A stretch of 46,111 nt of DNA from Bacillota bacterium (GTDB taxonomy: Bacteria > Bacillota > Bacilli > Bacillales > Cytobacillaceae). Positions 9,515-18,766 of this stretch are shown here, piece by piece; positions within the stretch are counted from its first letter, which is position 1; each line of letters starts with the position of its first letter. The notes beneath the pieces were generated by a model that was not told the origin of the DNA, did no database searches, and worked only from the letters and a program-made list of their open reading frames with translations. The DNA lies in assembly GCA_023389895.1 (NCBI GenBank), contig JAEWDX010000125.1, positions 1-46,111 on the forward strand, given 5' to 3'. The position numbers were made by a program, and so were the translations under genes.

Positions 9515-10624
9515 ATGATTATTGGTGTCCCGAAAGAAATAAAAAATAATGAAAACCGAGTTGCAATGACTCCTGCAAGCGTTTACACTCTTGTGAATGC
9601 AGGTCATCAAGTATTAATTGAAACGGGTGCAGGACTTGGAAGTAGTTTTTCCGATGGGGATTATAAAAAAGTTGGTGCAGAAATTGTTTCATCAGCGGCA
9701 GATGCTTGGGCAGCAGAAATGGTCATGAAGGTGAAGGAACCATTAGAATCAGAATATACATATTTTCGTGAAGGGTTAGTATTATTTACTTACTTGCATT
9801 TAGCAGCTGAGCCAGAATTAGCAAAAGCGCTCGTTGAAAAAGGTGTAACAGCAATTGCCTATGAGACGGTTGAAGTGAATCGCACATTGCCATTGCTTAC
9901 CCCGATGAGTGAAGTTGCTGGACGGATGGCAACACAAATCGGTGCACAATTCTTACAGAAAACAAATGGTGGAAAGGGAATTCTGCTCGCTGGAGTTCCA
10001 GGCGTTCATCGTGGGAAAGTGACGATTGTTGGCGGTGGTGTTGTCGGTATTAATGCTGCGAAAATGGCGGTTGGACTTGGGGCGAAAGTGACAATTATTG
10101 ATTTAAGCCCTGAACGTCTTCGCCAACTCGATGATATTTTTGGTGATAGCATTCAAACATTAATGTCTAATCCTTTTAATATTGCCGAAGTTGTGAAAGA
10201 AAGTGACCTTGTTGTTGGAGCGGTCCTCATTCCAGGAGCAAAAGCACCGAAGCTTGTTACAGAGGAAATGGTGAAAACAATGTCTCCTGGCTCTGTTGTT
10301 GTTGACGTAGCTGTTGACCAAGGTGGAATTTTCGAAACGGTTGATCATATTACAACACATGATAATCCAACATATGAAAAGCATGGAGTTGTCCACTATG
10401 CTGTTGCGAATATGCCTGGTGCTGTGCCAAGAACATCAACAATTGCTTTAACAAACGTAACAATTCCTTACGCATTGCAAATTGCCAATAAAGGTGTGAA
10501 GAAGGCAGTTGAAGATAACGCTGCTTTAGCATATGGAGTGAATGTGTTAAACGGCAATGTCACTTATGCTGCTGTAGCAAAAGATCTTGGCTATGATTAT
10601 GTAACCGTTGAACAAGCTTGGTAA
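9515..10624 (+). CDS. ald: Alanine dehydrogenase
   Basis: [38 protein letters not shown] motifs. Confidence 0.97.
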   Translation: MIIGVPKEIKNNENRVAMTPASVYTLVNAGHQVLIETGAGLGSSFSDGDYKKVGAEIVSSAADAWAAEMVMKVKEPLESEYTYFREGLVLFTYLHLAAEPELAKALVEKGVTAIAYETVEVNRTLPLLTPMSEVAGRMATQIGAQFLQKTNGGKGILLAGVPGVHRGKVTIVGGGVVGINAAKMAVGLGAKVTIIDLSPERLRQLDDIFGDSIQTLMSNPFNIAEVVKESDLVVGAVLIPGAKAPKLVTEEMVKTMSPGSVVVDVAVDQGGIFETVDHITTHDNPTYEKHGVVHYAVANMPGAVPRTSTIALTNVTIPYALQIANKGVKKAVEDNAALAYGVNVLNGNVTYAAVAKDLGYDYVTVEQAW

Positions 10625-10644
10625 TAAGTAAATAATGATAGTAG

Positions 10645-10685
10645 AAAAGTCCCTTTTTGCAAGTTTTATGCAGAAAGGGACTTTT
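10645..10685 (+). terminator. Intrinsic terminator after ald
   Basis: AAAAGTCCCTTT...AAAGGGACTTTT. Confidence 0.8.
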
Positions 10686-10714
10686 AGTAAAATAAGCCTT
10701 TTCTCATTAAGAAT

Positions 10715-10743
10715 TTGACAAACGATCTTAATATTTGTATAAT
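10715..10743 (+). promoter_or_regulatory. Sigma-A promoter of the proS leader
   Basis: Perfect TTGACA-N17-TATAAT. Confidence 0.88.
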
Positions 10744-10759
10744 TTCAAAAAATAGCTTA

Positions 10760-10987
10760 AACATTGATGAGAAATAGTAAGGTAAGCTTCGTTTATTGAA
10801 GAGAGGGGACGGTTGCTGAGAAGTTCCTATAAACACTAACCTGAACCTGCCTCTGAGTACTGTATCGATTGAAGATTACAGCGGATTTGCATCCGTTATC
10901 ATGAAATGAGTGTAAAGCTTTGCTTTGAATTAGGGTGGTACCGCCAGACGATGGTCCCTATTTTAGAGCAAGGCTTTTTATTTTTTT
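10760..10987 (+). ncRNA. Proline T-box riboswitch
   Basis: AGAGA and GCTGAG stem I motifs; GAA-CCT specifier (Pro codon at 10846-10848); AGTA box; CCGTT; T-box AATTAGGGTGGTACCGC at 10928-10944; antiterminator AGGG/CCCT. Confidence 0.92.
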
Positions 10988-11025
10988 CTAAAGGCTTAAC
11001 AAGCCATAATAAAAGAGGTGTAAAA

Positions 11026-12456
11026 ATGAAAAAGGAATTTGTTAAAGAGATTACTGATATGGAAGTAGATTTTGCGCAATGGTATACAGATGTTGTCACA
11101 AAGGCGGATCTAATTGATTATTCAAGCGTCCGAGGTTCAATGATTATTCGTCCGTATGGTCTTTCACTTTGGGAAAACATTAAGACAGAGCTTGATGATC
11201 GGATCAAGGAAACAGGGCATGAAAATATTTATATGCCATTGTTTATTCCTGAAAGCTTATTGCAAAAGGAAAAGGATCATATTGAAGGCTTTGCACCAGA
11301 AGTCGCTTGGGTAACACATGGTGGTGCTGAGGAGTTAACTGAACGATTATGTGTCCGCCCAACGTCTGAAGTTCTCTTCTGTGAGCATTATAAGAATATT
11401 ATTCATTCCTATCGAGATTTGCCAAAGCTTTATAATCAGTGGGCAAATGTTGTAAGGTGGGAGAAAACGACACGCCCATTTTTGCGTACTTTAGAATTTC
11501 TTTGGCAGGAAGGGCATACTTGTCACGCGACAGATGAGGAAGCTCATGAGGAAACAAGAAAGATGCTCGAAGTATATGCAGATGTTTGTGAAAATATCTT
11601 GGCCATTCCAGTGATAAAGGGGCAGAAAACAGATAAAGAGAAATTCGCCGGGGCAAAGTTTACTTATACGATTGAAAGTATTATGCATGATGGCAAAGCA
11701 TTACAGTCGGGAACCTCTCATCATTTAGGAGATGGATTTGCCAAAGCCTTTGGCATTCAATATACCGATAAAGACGGAAAGCTTCAGTATGTTCAACAAA
11801 CATCATGGGGGTTCACTACCCGAATTATCGGAGCGATGATTATGGTGCACGGAGATCAAAGGGGACTTGTCATCCCACCGAAAGCAGCACCTATTCAAGT
11901 GATGATCGTTCCAATTGCTCAGCATAAAGAAGGCGTTCTTGATCATGCTTACGAGTTAAAGGAGTCTTTATCGCAAGTAGTAAGAGTTAATATTGATGCA
12001 AGTGATAAAAAACCAGGCTGGAAATTTAATGAATATGAAATGAAGGGGATTCCCCTCCGTTTAGAGGTTGGACCGAAGGATATTGAAAATAAACAAGTTG
12101 TACTCGTTAGACGGGACACTGGAGAAAAAATCGTCGTATCAACTGAGCGATTACAATCGCAAATTGTTCAAGTTTTAGCAGATATTCAAACGCAATTATT
12201 TGAAAAAGCTAAGCAGAATCGTCAGCAAAAAACATATACTGCTAAAAGCTTTGCTGAATTTAAAGAGATTTTTCAAACAAAGACAGGATTTGTTCAAGCA
12301 ATGTGGTGTGGAGATCGAGGCTGTGAGGATAAAATAAAGGAAGAGACGGGTGCCACTTCAAGATGCATTCCATTTGAACAAAGCGATCTGCAAACAACAT
12401 GTGTAGTTTGTGAAAAGGAAGCAAAACAGCTAGTTTTTTGGGCGAAGGCTTACTAA
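11026..12456 (+). CDS. proS: Prolyl-tRNA synthetase, archaeal/eukaryote-like type without INS editing domain
   Basis: 476 aa from the RBS-supported [35 protein letters not shown]-terminal Cys Zn site and ..KAY end. Confidence 0.95.
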   Translation: MKKEFVKEITDMEVDFAQWYTDVVTKADLIDYSSVRGSMIIRPYGLSLWENIKTELDDRIKETGHENIYMPLFIPESLLQKEKDHIEGFAPEVAWVTHGGAEELTERLCVRPTSEVLFCEHYKNIIHSYRDLPKLYNQWANVVRWEKTTRPFLRTLEFLWQEGHTCHATDEEAHEETRKMLEVYADVCENILAIPVIKGQKTDKEKFAGAKFTYTIESIMHDGKALQSGTSHHLGDGFAKAFGIQYTDKDGKLQYVQQTSWGFTTRIIGAMIMVHGDQRGLVIPPKAAPIQVMIVPIAQHKEGVLDHAYELKESLSQVVRVNIDASDKKPGWKFNEYEMKGIPLRLEVGPKDIENKQVVLVRRDTGEKIVVSTERLQSQIVQVLADIQTQLFEKAKQNRQQKTYTAKSFAEFKEIFQTKTGFVQAMWCGDRGCEDKIKEETGATSRCIPFEQSDLQTTCVVCEKEAKQLVFWAKAY

Positions 12457-12670
12457 TAAAGTGAAACTCAATCAGTGGGGTTTTCCCCATCCCCACTGAT
12501 TGTTAGTTGAACCAATCACGCTCAAAACGCCACGTCCTGTGGCTTCACCTGACTAGGACATCCTGTCCGTCGTCGGGCATTTACGGGCTGTTTGATCCCC
12601 CACATAGAATTTTTAGTTTCCCTTAACTTCTTAAAAGTGGGGGTCTTACAGCCCGTTAATGCGGGATAAA
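12456..12670. mobile_element. bcr1-like MITE (full length) with a 57-bp nested insert, flanked by ATAAA direct repeats
   Basis: ATAAA-GTGAAACTCAATCAGTGGGG..CCCCACTGATT...ACGGGCTG..CCCCCAC..GTGGGGG..CAGCCCGTTAATGCGGG-ATAAA; resembles my recollection of the B. cereus bcr1 repeat (TTTAT target); partial copies at 14053 and 15915. Confidence 0.8.
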
Positions 12671-12688
12671 AATTTTTTAGAAATGACC

Positions 12689-12717
12689 CGTATCTTTTTC
12701 AACCTCTTATCCGTTTA
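12689..12717 (+). promoter_or_regulatory. Candidate ECF-type promoter of the sigma-clpP operon
   Basis: CGTATC-N17 (starting TTTTTC)-CGTTTA; CGT-type -10 typical of Bacillus ECF promoters. Confidence 0.45.
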
Positions 12718-12750
12718 ATAATTAGAAAGGTGTTGAAAGGAGTGAGTGAA

Positions 12751-13443
12751 ATGTGTGGCAAGCTGAGTGAGGAGAGCAGTAAACAAAGCGAAGAAATGAA
12801 TGAGAAACTATGTACAGAGCTATACCCGGCACTTGTGCGATATTGCTGCTTTCTTTCCAAAAATAAATGGGATGGAGAGGAAATCGCTCAAGAAACCATC
12901 TTGAAAGCACTTGAATATTATCAAGAGACTAATAAGCTGAGTGTTCGTTTACTAAATAAAATCGCCTATCATCATTGGATAGATCTGATCCGAAGACGCA
13001 AATACGAATCTCATGAGAACGTATTTGCTGAAATCCCCATTAAGGATCCGACTATTTTCGAAACAGTTGAGAAGTTAACCCAACAGTTTACTCCGAAACA
13101 AGCGATCATTTTCATGTTAAAAGAAGCTTTTCAATATAAAACGAGTGAAATTGCTGAATTGCTGACAACTTCAGAAACAGCTGTGAAAAGCAGTCTGCAT
13201 CGGGCAAAAAAACGGCTTATGCAAAATGACTCTTTTAATATGGTTCCCTTTTGGAATGATGCTGAATATGCATTGCTCCCTGAACTGTTTTATGAGTCAT
13301 TAAGGGTGCAGGATCCAGCAATTTTAATTAGAGCTCTTCCTAACATTCAGTCTCTCATGGAAGATTCATTAGCTCCGAAGCTTGCTGAACCAACAATGAT
13401 CGCAAGCTACACTCCATCAACTGTCCTTTCGATGGCTGCATAG
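12751..13443 (+). CDS. ECF-like sigma-70 factor with C-terminal extension ending -SMAA
   Basis: Region 2 ([27 protein letters not shown]) and region 4 ([24 protein letters not shown]); RBS AAAGGAG favours ATG at 12751. Confidence 0.85.
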   Translation: MCGKLSEESSKQSEEMNEKLCTELYPALVRYCCFLSKNKWDGEEIAQETILKALEYYQETNKLSVRLLNKIAYHHWIDLIRRRKYESHENVFAEIPIKDPTIFETVEKLTQQFTPKQAIIFMLKEAFQYKTSEIAELLTTSETAVKSSLHRAKKRLMQNDSFNMVPFWNDAEYALLPELFYESLRVQDPAILIRALPNIQSLMEDSLAPKLAEPTMIASYTPSTVLSMAA

Positions 13444-13471
13444 TCCATTAAATCGAAGGAGGAGAGATAAT

Positions 13472-14056
13472 ATGAGTACAATCCCTTATGTTATTGAACA
13501 ATCAGGACGAGGAGAACGTTCATATGATATTTATTCTCGACTATTGAAGGATCGAATTATTATGATCGGGGAAGAAATCAATGATCATTTAGCTAATAAT
13601 GTCGTCGCCCAATTACTATTTTTAGCGGCAGAGGATCCAGATAAAGACATTTCACTATATATCAATAGCCCGGGCGGCTCCACTTCAGCAGGCTTTGCGA
13701 TCTTTGATACGATGCAATTTATCAAGCCCGATGTTCGAACAATTTGTACGGGAATGGCCGCTTCCTTTGGAGCAATGCTGTTGGTTGCTGGTACGAAAGG
13801 AAAGCGGTTTGCATTGCCAAATAGTGAAATTATGATCCATCAGCCTCTCGGAGGGGCACGCGGACAGGCAACGGAAATCGAAATTTCTGCACGAAGAATT
13901 TTAAAGCTTAAGGAACATATTAACGAAATTATCTCTGAACGAACAGGGCAATCAGTAGAAAAAGTAGCGAATGATTCTGAACGCGACTTCTTTATGAGTG
14001 CACAGGAAGCAAAGGAGTACGGGATAATAGATGAAATTTTAGTCTCAAAAAGATAA
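13472..14056 (+). CDS. clpP: ATP-dependent Clp protease proteolytic subunit (probably a second paralogue)
   Basis: [19 protein letters not shown], catalytic S (MAASFG), H (IHQP), D (ERDFF). Confidence 0.96.
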   Translation: MSTIPYVIEQSGRGERSYDIYSRLLKDRIIMIGEEINDHLANNVVAQLLFLAAEDPDKDISLYINSPGGSTSAGFAIFDTMQFIKPDVRTICTGMAASFGAMLLVAGTKGKRFALPNSEIMIHQPLGGARGQATEIEISARRILKLKEHINEIISERTGQSVEKVANDSERDFFMSAQEAKEYGIIDEILVSKR

Positions 14057-14107
14057 AGTGAAGCTCAATCAGTGGGGGTTTTCCGAAGCACAGGACGTGG
14101 TGTTTTT
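14053..14107. mobile_element. bcr1-like left-end fragment followed by an inverted copy of the nested-insert motif
   Basis: ATAAAGTGAAGCTCAATCAGTGGGGGTTTTCC overlaps the clpP stop; CACAGGACGTGGTGTTTT is the near reverse complement of AAAACGCCACGTCCTGTG at 12524-12541. Confidence 0.75.
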
Positions 14108-14253
14108 AGAAACATGACGATGAAATTTCCAAGTGTAGCAACTAATTCGGAAGCTTATCGCAAGTACAGAGATTAAGTGAGTTAAACCCCCGTAAGCCTA
14201 AAAGTCCCCGTTCAGAGGAAGTATTAACACCTTTAAAGTAGAATGGTTATATT

Positions 14254-14336
14254 GTACCTTGCAATATACAGTACATGTTATTATAATATAACCATCTACT
14301 TCACTTTATAGACAGGTACTGTTTATTATATGGTAC
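14254..14336 (+). promoter_or_regulatory. Sigma-A promoter with two putative PadR operators
   Basis: TTGCAA(14259)-N17-TATAAT(14282); GTAC-N13-GTAC palindromes at 14254-14274 and 14316-14336. Confidence 0.7.
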
Positions 14337-14382
14337 CTTATATAAATTGTATATAACAATAAAGAAACGGGGTGAGTACTCG

Positions 14383-14706
14383 TTGAATGTGCAATTTAAA
14401 AAAGGCGTTCTAGAACTATGCGTGCTTGTACTGCTGGATAAGAAGGATCGATATGGATATGAGCTCGTCCAGAGGATTTCTGACCAAATAGAAATATCGG
14501 AGGGTTCTGTTTATCCCTTATTAAGAAGGTTAACAAAAGAAGAATATTTTACAACATATTTACAAGAATCCAGTGAAGGTCCTTCAAGAAAATATTATAG
14601 GCTTACAGAGAAAGGTCGTGCATACTTACATCACTTAGTGGACGAGTGGAAGGAATTCTCTGAGGGAGTTAATCAATTAATTAAGGAGGGAATCTCTCAT
14701 GAGTAA
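14383..14706 (+). CDS. PadR family transcriptional regulator
   Basis: QFKKGVLELCVL, YGYEL, EGSVYPLLRRL, RKYYRLTEKG; TTG start after GGGGTGA. Confidence 0.93.
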   Translation: MNVQFKKGVLELCVLVLLDKKDRYGYELVQRISDQIEISEGSVYPLLRRLTKEEYFTTYLQESSEGPSRKYYRLTEKGRAYLHHLVDEWKEFSEGVNQLIKEGISHE

Positions 14707-15268
14707 AAAACAATTTTTATCAGTTTTGGAAAGGTATTTACGAAAGCTCCCTAAAAATGAAAAAGAGGAAATCTTACAAGATTATGAGGAATATTTTACG
14801 ATTGGTGTAGAGGAAGGAAAAACAGAAAGTCAGATTGTCGAAGCCCTTGGTTCACCTAAACAAATAGCTAAAGAATTAAACGCTGTTTATGCTATTAATA
14901 AGGTTGAAGAGAAAAAAAGCATTAGAAATATGTTTACGGCAATGTTTTCAATTATGGGGTTAAGTGTAATGAATTGTATTATTATTATAGTGAGTTTATT
15001 TATGCTGCTAATACTTATACCATTTATATTAGCTTATATTATTGGGGTCCCTATCATGATTTTATCCCCACTAATTTTAATTGTAATGGGATTTGTTAAT
15101 GGATTTAGTACAATTGGAAGTGGAGAAATCCTCGAGTCCTTAAAAGGGCTTATTATAGGTTCTCTTTTAGCATTCCTAGGGTATTATATAGTCAAATTCT
15201 CTTTCATACTAATTATAAAATATTTGAGATGGAACATGTCAATTGCAAGGGGGAAGAAATTATTATGA
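14699..15268 (+). CDS. DUF1700/HAAS-domain membrane protein
   Basis: FL..L...L..LP..EKEEILQDYEEYF..G..EGKTE..I...LGSPKQIA followed by TM helices; typical PadR partner. Confidence 0.85.
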   Translation: MSKKQFLSVLERYLRKLPKNEKEEILQDYEEYFTIGVEEGKTESQIVEALGSPKQIAKELNAVYAINKVEEKKSIRNMFTAMFSIMGLSVMNCIIIIVSLFMLLILIPFILAYIIGVPIMILSPLILIVMGFVNGFSTIGSGEILESLKGLIIGSLLAFLGYYIVKFSFILIIKYLRWNMSIARGKKLL

Positions 15269-15888
15269 GAAAATTGTTTTTTAGTTTTTTAATTCTTTTT
15301 ATATTAAGCGCTTGTTCGCAGGGAGAAAATATTGACGCTATAGAGGATGAAGCAGAGGATGAAGTTATTTCTATACAAGATGTGAAGATTCCTGATGTTA
15401 TTTTTACTTCTGAAAAACAAAATAGTGTAATTGACGAAGAAGAAATAAAATTAAGCATAAAAACATATCTAGACAGTCATGACGAATTAGATAATGCTAG
15501 TTACCCATTTCAAGAGATTATAGATGAAGAAAAGGAATTAAGTAAAAATGACTTAGAGAAATTAGCCAAAATTACCAAGCTTACAAAAGAAAATGATGAG
15601 AATTTTTCTAACTTTATCTTAAATAATACATTACCTGAAGGTTATCAAGAAGAGTCTGAAAGAATTAGCCAGTACATTACAGGCTACAATGAGATTCTTT
15701 CTGAACTAGATGAAATCCTCAATAATTTTACAGATGACGTAAGTAAAGGGGTTTTTCCAAAAATAAACATTGGGCCCATAATGAATAAAGGTGCTGTTGT
15801 GAATGGAAGAGAACAGAAAAAAATAGAAGAATTCCTTGATAAGAAAAATATTGATACTAAAGCATTTGGACGGGAACATAAAAAATAA
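15265..15888 (+). CDS. NDxxF-motif lipoprotein
   Basis: Lipobox LSAC; NDENF motif; ATGA overlap with upstream gene. Confidence 0.75.
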   Translation: MRKLFFSFLILFILSACSQGENIDAIEDEAEDEVISIQDVKIPDVIFTSEKQNSVIDEEEIKLSIKTYLDSHDELDNASYPFQEIIDEEKELSKNDLEKLAKITKLTKENDENFSNFILNNTLPEGYQEESERISQYITGYNEILSELDEILNNFTDDVSKGVFPKINIGPIMNKGAVVNGREQKKIEEFLDKKNIDTKAFGREHKK

Positions 15889-15914
15889 AGAGAGTAATTC
15901 ATTGGATCTTAAAG

Positions 15915-15973
15915 TAAAGTGAAACTTAATAATTTACTCTTGATAAAGTATCAGTCCGTTAATGCGGGATAAA
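15915..15973. mobile_element. Internally deleted bcr1-like element retaining both ends
   Basis: TAAAGTGAAACTTAAT ... CAGTCCGTTAATGCGGGATAAA matches both termini of 12456-12670. Confidence 0.75.
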
Positions 15974-16009
15974 TCTTTATTAAAAAATCTTGACCAGCTA
16001 AAATTTTGG

Positions 16010-17215
16010 TCAAGATTTTTTTGCCGTTTTCCCCAGTTTTAAATAGCCATAGATGGCTGAACAAAGTAATAAGACACCAGAGAAAAGATAGACAAATCGA
16101 GCACTAACTAGGTCAACTAGCAAACCAATGATAAAGACTGATAAGCTAAAAACAGCTTGATTGATTGTTGCTTTTGATGCTAAATATTTCCCTAAAACAT
16201 CCTTCTCGACTGAATTTTGGATGAAAGTATTTTGCGCAATATCTCTCATTTGATAGAGTGGGCCCATTAAAATAACTAATAGTAAAGCAACAAATGGAAC
16301 ACTAACGAAGGAGTAGATAATCGTCAATATTGCAACTCCGATAGAGCCGATAATCATAGATGTAACGAGCGATTTGTGAATATATTTTGAAAGTTTCCAT
16401 ACTAAAATACCGCCAATAATCGTTCCCGCATAATAGGCGGAATTAATGTATCCCCACCACTTCTCATCTTGTCCTAAAGCCTCCTGTACGAAGACTAGGG
16501 TTACTGCTCCTATCCAAATACTGCCTCCAAATAATTCGATTATATCCATTTTTGTAATTGTACTTAATGTTGGGTGCTTAAAGACGATAACCCAACCTTC
16601 TTTTAAAGTATCAAATTTATTTTTATGCTCCTTCTGTTTCATGGCTTGCGCCTTCGTTTTTAAAAACAACAAGGAAATAATTGAAATTAGAAGTAATGCA
16701 ATCGTAATCATAATTACATTAAAATGGCCAAAATAAACAATAAGTGCTCCACCAGCAGACCAGCCAAGCAGTAATAATGTTTGGTCGGTTGTTGATAAAA
16801 TACTATTTGCATTGACCAATTTTTCCTTCAAGACGATTTCTGGAATTAGCGCACTCCTTGCTGGAGTCGTCCATCCATTAAAGAAGGAGATGAGTGCCAA
16901 AAATAGAAATAGTAAAATAAAGTTCACTGGACTTGGAACGAAATATAATGTTATGACAATAAACGCATAAATAATCAATTGACAAATTTGAGATAGTAAT
17001 AGAATGCTTTTTAACGAATATTTTTCCATCATAAGCGGTACAGTCGATCCGCTCATTAATGATGAGAGCATACTAATGATTGTTACGGCTGATGCAAAGG
17101 TTGCCGAATTTGTTTCTTGATAAAGAAAAGTTATGATTGTCATCGTATAAAGAGAATAGGCTAATTTAGTAGACGATTGGCTAATTAACAAATAATAGAA
17201 CGATCTAAGCATCAT
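16010..17215 (-). CDS. MFS transporter (macrolide-efflux/DHA3-like)
   Basis: ~12 TM helices; PARSALIPEIV..EKLVNANS motif. Confidence 0.85.
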   Translation of the reverse strand: MMLRSFYYLLISQSSTKLAYSLYTMTIITFLYQETNSATFASAVTIISMLSSLMSGSTVPLMMEKYSLKSILLLSQICQLIIYAFIVITLYFVPSPVNFILLFLFLALISFFNGWTTPARSALIPEIVLKEKLVNANSILSTTDQTLLLLGWSAGGALIVYFGHFNVIMITIALLLISIISLLFLKTKAQAMKQKEHKNKFDTLKEGWVIVFKHPTLSTITKMDIIELFGGSIWIGAVTLVFVQEALGQDEKWWGYINSAYYAGTIIGGILVWKLSKYIHKSLVTSMIIGSIGVAILTIIYSFVSVPFVALLLVILMGPLYQMRDIAQNTFIQNSVEKDVLGKYLASKATINQAVFSLSVFIIGLLVDLVSARFVYLFSGVLLLCSAIYGYLKLGKTAKKS

Positions 17216-17224
17216 GCGATTCCA

Positions 17225-18055
17225 TTAACTTAATTTTGATGAAAAGAAGAGCAGTAAAGTACCAACAACGAAACAATAGTAGGCAAAGTATTTTAAATTC
17301 CCTTTCGCCATAATGCCCATAAACCATCTCATCGCAAAATATGTCATGACAAGAGCGGCCATGAAGGCAACGAAATAGGGAAGAGCCAATGAACTTAGAT
17401 CAGGACTTTTGATTAAATCAGAAATGCCTAAAATCATGCCTCCTAAGCTTACAGGGATATAAAGCATGAATGAGAAACGCAACGCTGTATCTTGCTTCAT
17501 CCCGACAGCGATGGAAGTAATAACCGTTGCACCTGAACGGCTAATGCCAGGTATTAGGGCAACAGCTTGTGCTAATCCAACAACTAATGCATCTTTAATG
17601 GATAAATCGCCATCTCTTTTCTTCCCGCGAAGATTGCGAATAAGCCATAGTGCTGTACCAGTAATGAGTAACGTAATACCAATTATGTACGGAGATTTGA
17701 ATAAATTTGCAATTACATCACTAAATAGAACCCCCAAAACTGCTGCTGGAATCGTGCCAATCACAATATAAAGCGCGAACATAAAGTCTGATTTGCCTTC
17801 TTCCTTCTTTTGGAAAATAAATTGGTATGTATGTACGATTATCCGCTTTATGTCATCACGAAAAATGAAGCAAATCGCAAACAGAGAAGCGGTATTTGTT
17901 AAAATTTCAAAGGTTAATCCTGTTTCTTTAACTCCTAATAATTTTTGCCCAATGATCACATGTCCACTAGAGGAAACTGGTATTGGTTCAGTGAATCCTT
18001 GAATTAAGCCTAGGATGAAATATTTAAAGATTGTTACTAATTCTGTCATTTCCAT
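17225..18055 (-). CDS. uppP: Undecaprenyl-diphosphate phosphatase (BacA/UppP)
   Basis: GLIQGFTEPIPVSSSGH and PGISRSGAT motifs. Confidence 0.95.
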   Translation of the reverse strand: MEMTELVTIFKYFILGLIQGFTEPIPVSSSGHVIIGQKLLGVKETGLTFEILTNTASLFAICFIFRDDIKRIIVHTYQFIFQKKEEGKSDFMFALYIVIGTIPAAVLGVLFSDVIANLFKSPYIIGITLLITGTALWLIRNLRGKKRDGDLSIKDALVVGLAQAVALIPGISRSGATVITSIAVGMKQDTALRFSFMLYIPVSLGGMILGISDLIKSPDLSSLALPYFVAFMAALVMTYFAMRWFMGIMAKGNLKYFAYYCFVVGTLLLFFSSKLS

Positions 18056-18096
18056 AATAATGAGTGCCTCCAAAATTGTAATCTCTTCCTACTTAC

Positions 18097-18125
18097 TAAA
18101 CGAAAAAGTCTTCGAAAAAGTTGCA
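18097..18125 (-). promoter_or_regulatory. ECF-type (SigM/W/X-like) promoter of uppP-MFS
   Basis: Minus strand TGCAAC-N17 (starting TTTTTC)-CGTTTA. Confidence 0.6.
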
Positions 18126-18292
18126 TAAAATAAAATGCTTTCTAATGTACTATAACGTAAAATGGTAGCTTAAGAGAAGGAATTAACCTTTTTTTGATCC
18201 GTTTTCCCTAAATTAATTTAGATGATGCCCACTCAAAACTATATGAAATTGCATATGAAGTAGAGAAGGATTAACATTAGGAGGTTACCCAG

Positions 18293-18574
18293 ATGTATTA
18301 TTATCGTGGAGGAGTGCAGCCGCCTCATGGAGTTGTACCAGTAGTAGGGACGGATCAGAGAGGATTTTTTCTTTTCGCTCCATTTGTCGGGGGTCTACTC
18401 GGTGGCTTAATCGGTGGAGGTTTGGTAGGGGCCGCTTTAGCACCAAGACCAGTTTATCCTGTCCCATACCCTTTTCCAATACCATATATGCCAGGACCAT
18501 ATGGACCGTATGGAGGATATGGAGGGTTTGGAGGATATGGAGGATTTGGAGGATTTGGGGGATACGGCTATTGA
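18293..18574 (+). CDS. Small Gly/Tyr/Pro-rich protein, probable spore coat protein (YmaG-like)
   Basis: RBS AGGAGG; PFVGGLLGGLIG segment, PYP repeats, GG(Y/F) tandem tail; own terminator. Confidence 0.65.
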   Translation: MYYYRGGVQPPHGVVPVVGTDQRGFFLFAPFVGGLLGGLIGGGLVGAALAPRPVYPVPYPFPIPYMPGPYGPYGGYGGFGGYGGFGGFGGYGY

Positions 18575-18617
18575 GCCCAAGTTTGTTATAATAAACTGTC
18601 ATAATACTTACCAAAAT

Positions 18618-18664
18618 AAAGGCAGCCTCAAAAGTTGTTTTTTCAACAAAGAGGCTGCCTTTTT
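18618..18664. terminator. Bidirectional terminator
   Basis: AAAGGCAGCCTC...GAGGCTGCCTTTT. Confidence 0.8.
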
Positions 18665-18766
18665 GTCATGTTCAAATCAACACAGCAGATAATTCGAAGC
18701 AGTCTATAATTTTAGGAATTAAGTTTAAGAACAACTAGATCTCTGTCTTCGTCAGACGATTTTTTT

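Noticed and set aside
10906..11025. 40-aa N-terminal extension of ProS in the ORF track
   Set aside because: Runs through the T-box antiterminator; the RBS-supported start is 11026
14108..14235. Unexplained moderately GC-rich stretch after the second bcr1-like fragment
   Set aside because: The frames I translated gave only short peptides with no recognisable family; I cannot support a call without a search
18501..18692. ORF with MEDMEDLED repeats
   Set aside because: Alternative frame of the GGY/GGF-coding repeat; runs through the terminator
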